In this document: piece after piece, positions 60,540 to 64,000 of the stretch
Layout of the letters: each line of letters begins with the position of its first letter
Numbering within the stretch: position 1 is the stretch's first letter
Assembly (NCBI GenBank): GCA_963706325.1
Contig: CAVPLT010000001.1
Span: forward strand, 512,001-576,000
From: an uncultured Nitrospiraceae bacterium
Lineage (GTDB): Bacteria; Nitrospirota; Nitrospiria; Nitrospirales; Nitrospiraceae
DNA: 64,000 nt
Reading direction: 5' to 3'
The notes under the pieces: generated by a model
What the model saw: the letters and a program-made list of their open reading frames with translations, nothing else
What the model was told of the DNA's origin: nothing
Database searches by the model: none
Program-made: the position numbers and the translations under genes

Positions 60540-63062
60540 TCACGCTACAGACCTGGGTTTGATGTTGGCATCTGTTTTCTTGGCCCATCTGCGCAGCACG
60601 CGAGCGAATTGTTCGACGCTAACCGGCTTCGTCACATAGTCATCCATGCCGGCCCGGGCGCACCGCTCTCGATCCTCCTGCATCGCATTCGCCGTCAGCC
60701 CAATAATCGGGATATGCGTTTGTAATTCTCCCGTTTTCTCGAGCTCGCGAATGCGCAAGGTCGCTTGAAAGCCATCCAGCTCCGGCATTTGACAATCCAT
60801 CAGCACCACGTCGTAAGGCAGGCTGAGGAGCGCCTGGATCGCCTCCACCCCATTGGCAGCCACATCGCACTTGTACCCCAGATTTTGTAATAGCCGGACG
60901 GCGACGATTTGGTTGACAGTGTTGTCTTCCACCACCAGTACCCGGCCGCCGCGATTCCGAGCCTCCGCCTCTGCCACCTGGTGTCTGGTCACGAGGCGCG
61001 CTGGCGAGACGCCTGGACTCGCGTCACGTGCATGGCCCATGACCAGCTTCAGGCACGCATACAACTGAGCATGGCGGACAGGCTTCACGAGATACCCGGA
61101 GAATCCCAGGTCCTGCGCGATCTTCGCATCCCCGCGCTTCGCTAGCGACGTAAACATGATCACCTTCACAGAGGCGATATGGGGATCGCTCTTGATAACC
61201 TTGGCCAAGGCCAGACCGTCCATGCCCGGCACCTGACTGTCCAAAATGATTACATCGAACGGCTGTGCGAGTTGCGCCGCTTCACGCAGGAGAGTGAGCG
61301 CCTGTGAGGGTGTGTCTGCCTCCGTGCAGATCATGCCCCAGGCGTGGGCATAGTGACGAAGCAGCGTGCGGTTGCCCTGATGATGATCGAGGACACAGAG
61401 TCGTACATTCCGGAGATCAGCCATGTCCATCAACGTGGGCGTATGATGAGCTTGTTGTCCTAAACGGGCGGTAAACCAGAAGCGGCTTCCCTGGCCCACG
61501 TTAGTTTCCACGCCTATTTCTCCACCCATCAGCGCCGTTAATCGTTTGCTGATCGCCAACCCCAATCCCGTTCCTCCGTATTTTCTCGTGGTAGATCCAT
61601 CGGCTTGGCTGAACGAGTGAAACAGTTTATCAAGGTGCTCGGGACTAATCCCAATTCCGGTATCCACCACGTCGAAACGGAGCACAACGTCAGCCTTCAC
61701 AGCTTCCAGGAGGCTCACCTGCACACTCACTTCCCCACGTTCGGTGAACTTAATGGCGTTACTGAGGAGGTTGCTGAGAACCTGCCGGAGCCGGCCTGGA
61801 TCACCATGGACCCCGGACGGAATGGCTGCTCCCATGAGCCCCACGAGATCAAGGCCCTTCGCCTGAGCGGACTCCGCCATGAGTTCTATCGTTTCTTCCA
61901 GCATGGTACGTAAATCGAAATCAATGCGCTCGAGCGAGACTTTCCCGGCCTCAATCTTAGAAAAATCGAGGATGTCATTAACAATGGTCAGCAGCGCTTC
62001 ACCGGAGCCTCGTATCGTCTCTGCGATTTCCCTTTGATCCGAGGTTAATTCGGTTTCGAGTAATAGCCCCGTCATGCCGATCACGCCATTCATGGGGGTA
62101 CGAATTTCGTGACTCATAGTGGCAAGAAAATCCGTTTTAGCCTGGGCGCTTCGCTCAGCCGCCTTTTGAGCCAGAACAGCTTTCCGTTCGGCAGCTAGTC
62201 GCTCTACCAATTGGCCAATCTGAAGGCCAATCAAGTGCAGCGTTACGAGCAGCGCCTCATCACGTTCTTTCACACTGGACCATAGGAACTCCATGATTCC
62301 GAGGGTGGTCACAGCGGCTTGGACGGGAAACGCGACCGCCGACTGTAGGCCACAGCATGCGGCAGCCTCCTTGCGGGGCACGTCTGCATCAACAGCGATT
62401 TTCTCGATCCACGCGGGGTTGTGCGTCGAGAAGACACCGCCCGGGATACCTTCTCCCGGTTGGAAGGAGATCGATCGGGATCGCGCTTCAAACGGACCAA
62501 ATGTTGTTGGTGAGGGACTCCAAAAAGATCGACACTGAAGCAGTCCCGTATCCGCGTTTGGAATCCATAGTCCGGCGGCATCCGCCGAGAGGGCGGCTCC
62601 CATTTGTTCCAAAATGAAAGCCAGACCAGCCTCTTGTTCCCTCGCCTCGCCCATCGCACGCCCGGCCGCATACTGGACGGCCATCCGCTGTTCCATACGT
62701 TTCCGATCAGTAATGTCCTGTACGGTGCCGACATGACCTCGCACTGTGCCGTTAGGATGGTATAGGGGGCAGGAGCGGCTATGGACCCAGCGCACACGCC
62801 CGTTCGGTTGTTGGAGACGGAACTCTGCTTCATACTCTCTGGCGTCCAGGGCGCCTCGACTCCATCCAGCCGCGCGGACGGCACGATCCTCGGGATGCAC
62901 TAGGAGACTCCAATCAGTCTGTAAACTAGCCTCCAACGAAAGTCCTACCATCTCCTGCCAGCGTCGATTCGTATATACACCGACGCCCTGAGCATCGGTC
63001 ACAAATATCCCATCAGGAGACATTTCACACGCAGATTGGAAATGTGCTTCGCTTCCCAACAA
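60540..63062 (-). CDS. Hybrid sensor histidine kinase (PAS-GAF-HisKA-HATPase-REC-REC)
   Basis: MSHEIRTPMNG, NLLSNAIKFT, DTGIG, GGTGLGL; two receiver domains. Confidence 0.95.
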   Translation of the reverse strand: MLGSEAHFQSACEMSPDGIFVTDAQGVGVYTNRRWQEMVGLSLEASLQTDWSLLVHPEDRAVRAAGWSRGALDAREYEAEFRLQQPNGRVRWVHSRSCPLYHPNGTVRGHVGTVQDITDRKRMEQRMAVQYAAGRAMGEAREQEAGLAFILEQMGAALSADAAGLWIPNADTGLLQCRSFWSPSPTTFGPFEARSRSISFQPGEGIPGGVFSTHNPAWIEKIAVDADVPRKEAAACCGLQSAVAFPVQAAVTTLGIMEFLWSSVKERDEALLVTLHLIGLQIGQLVERLAAERKAVLAQKAAERSAQAKTDFLATMSHEIRTPMNGVIGMTGLLLETELTSDQREIAETIRGSGEALLTIVNDILDFSKIEAGKVSLERIDFDLRTMLEETIELMAESAQAKGLDLVGLMGAAIPSGVHGDPGRLRQVLSNLLSNAIKFTERGEVSVQVSLLEAVKADVVLRFDVVDTGIGISPEHLDKLFHSFSQADGSTTRKYGGTGLGLAISKRLTALMGGEIGVETNVGQGSRFWFTARLGQQAHHTPTLMDMADLRNVRLCVLDHHQGNRTLLRHYAHAWGMICTEADTPSQALTLLREAAQLAQPFDVIILDSQVPGMDGLALAKVIKSDPHIASVKVIMFTSLAKRGDAKIAQDLGFSGYLVKPVRHAQLYACLKLVMGHARDASPGVSPARLVTRHQVAEAEARNRGGRVLVVEDNTVNQIVAVRLLQNLGYKCDVAANGVEAIQALLSLPYDVVLMDCQMPELDGFQATLRIRELEKTGELQTHIPIIGLTANAMQEDRERCARAGMDDYVTKPVSVEQFARVLRRWAKKTDANIKPRSVA

Positions 63063-63773
63063 TTTGCAGATTCCCTTTATTCAGCCGCTAATCCCCGGCC
63101 ACTGCGCGAGCTCACATGCCCCATATGAAACTTGTGGACTGCTGGTCACCATGGCTTTTTTCCGACCACTGGACGCGCCGGATGACGGCCCGCACGGCAA
63201 AGTCCGCGCGTTATCTCTGCACCACCTGCCATTCACAGGAAACATAAGGGCCTTACAGTGATAAGGGAGGAGGACACAGATCAAACGATTTATAGTGTGA
63301 ACCTCAGCGAATGCACGATGAGACCGCGGTTCTCCCAAGATCCGCGATTAGCTCTGTACCAAGTCATCTTGCATTTTAGCGAAAGGGCATAGTTGCGGAA
63401 GCGTTTTTTGATTTCGCGCCAGTGTCATTGGGGAGTCGGCTGCTCAGCCGTAACGGTTCTGAGTAATGAAGGCTCACTTACGATAGAACCCGGTCCTCTC
63501 CTAGGCCTTTCACCTGCATGCCCTGATACCTGTCAGTCGCCGGTGGGATCTCAAGAGTGCTCCCGAACAATGGGTATGGATGATGGGTTAAATCATCGTA
63601 CATCGCCGGCTTTTCGTGTCTGTCCAGCCCAGGCGTGAAGGATTAATGGACTATCTACTCGGCAGGCGTTTCTCAAATTCGGTTGGTCAAATCTCATAGT
63701 GGCTTTATAGTGAACACGATCAACCATCTCGTTTCCTTCACCCACATGTCGGTGATGGGAGTCATTCTTCTCC

Positions 63774-64000
63774 ATGCGCACCAGCTTCACGCTGCTTTTA
63801 GTGGAAGACAGTAGGCAGGATGCAGAATTAGTGCTTGAGACGCTTCGAGAGGCGGGACTTGACCCCCTCTGCCGCCGTGTTGACACCAAAGAAGCCTACC
63901 TGCGGGAACTGAACGTTTCAGTACCTGACCTCATCCTGTCTGATTTTTCTCTGCCCCAATTCGACGGAAAAGCCGCGCTACAACTGTTGAAAGCGACGGG
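63774..64000 (+). CDS. Receiver-domain protein (3' truncated by window edge)
   Basis: MRTSFTLLLVEDSRQDAEL...PDLILSDFSLPQFDG; open to the end of the window. Confidence 0.85.
   Translation, partial: MRTSFTLLLVEDSRQDAELVLETLREAGLDPLCRRVDTKEAYLRELNVSVPDLILSDFSLPQFDGKAALQLLKAT

Noticed and set aside
58809..64000. Prophage or island integrated at tRNA-Leu
   Set aside because: No integrase or att duplicate visible; cannot be excluded beyond the window edge

Overview
Chromosomal replication-origin region of a GC-rich bacterium. Gene order and protein character suggest Nitrospira, but this is an inference that I have not checked by search. The core is hisS, a DsrE/F/H (TusD/C/B)-like triplet, oriC (AT-rich tract, DnaA-trio-like repeats, DnaA boxes), dnaA, dnaN, gyrB (two 1-nt frameshifts, probably assembly errors), gyrA, dciA and smpB. 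About 18.8 kb of co-oriented redox, stress and detoxification genes separate smpB from tmRNA (35666-36019). Further right are a GH15/otsA/otsB trehalose locus whose OtsA is fused to a two-TM sensor-like module, ppk2, an orphan B12-dependent RiPP-type radical SAM gene, and a HARE-HTH gene followed by an unannotated 18-aa histone-H1-like micropeptide. Then come lpxC with a sigma54 promoter, an rplI-glyA-nrdR-kinase-regulator operon, tRNA-Leu(CAG) and signalling genes. The left edge carries higA, an attC-like site and mrr. Four copies of an IS-ended, highly structured MITE-like repeat sit in intergenic regions. I saw no CRISPR array, rRNA, integrase or transposase.
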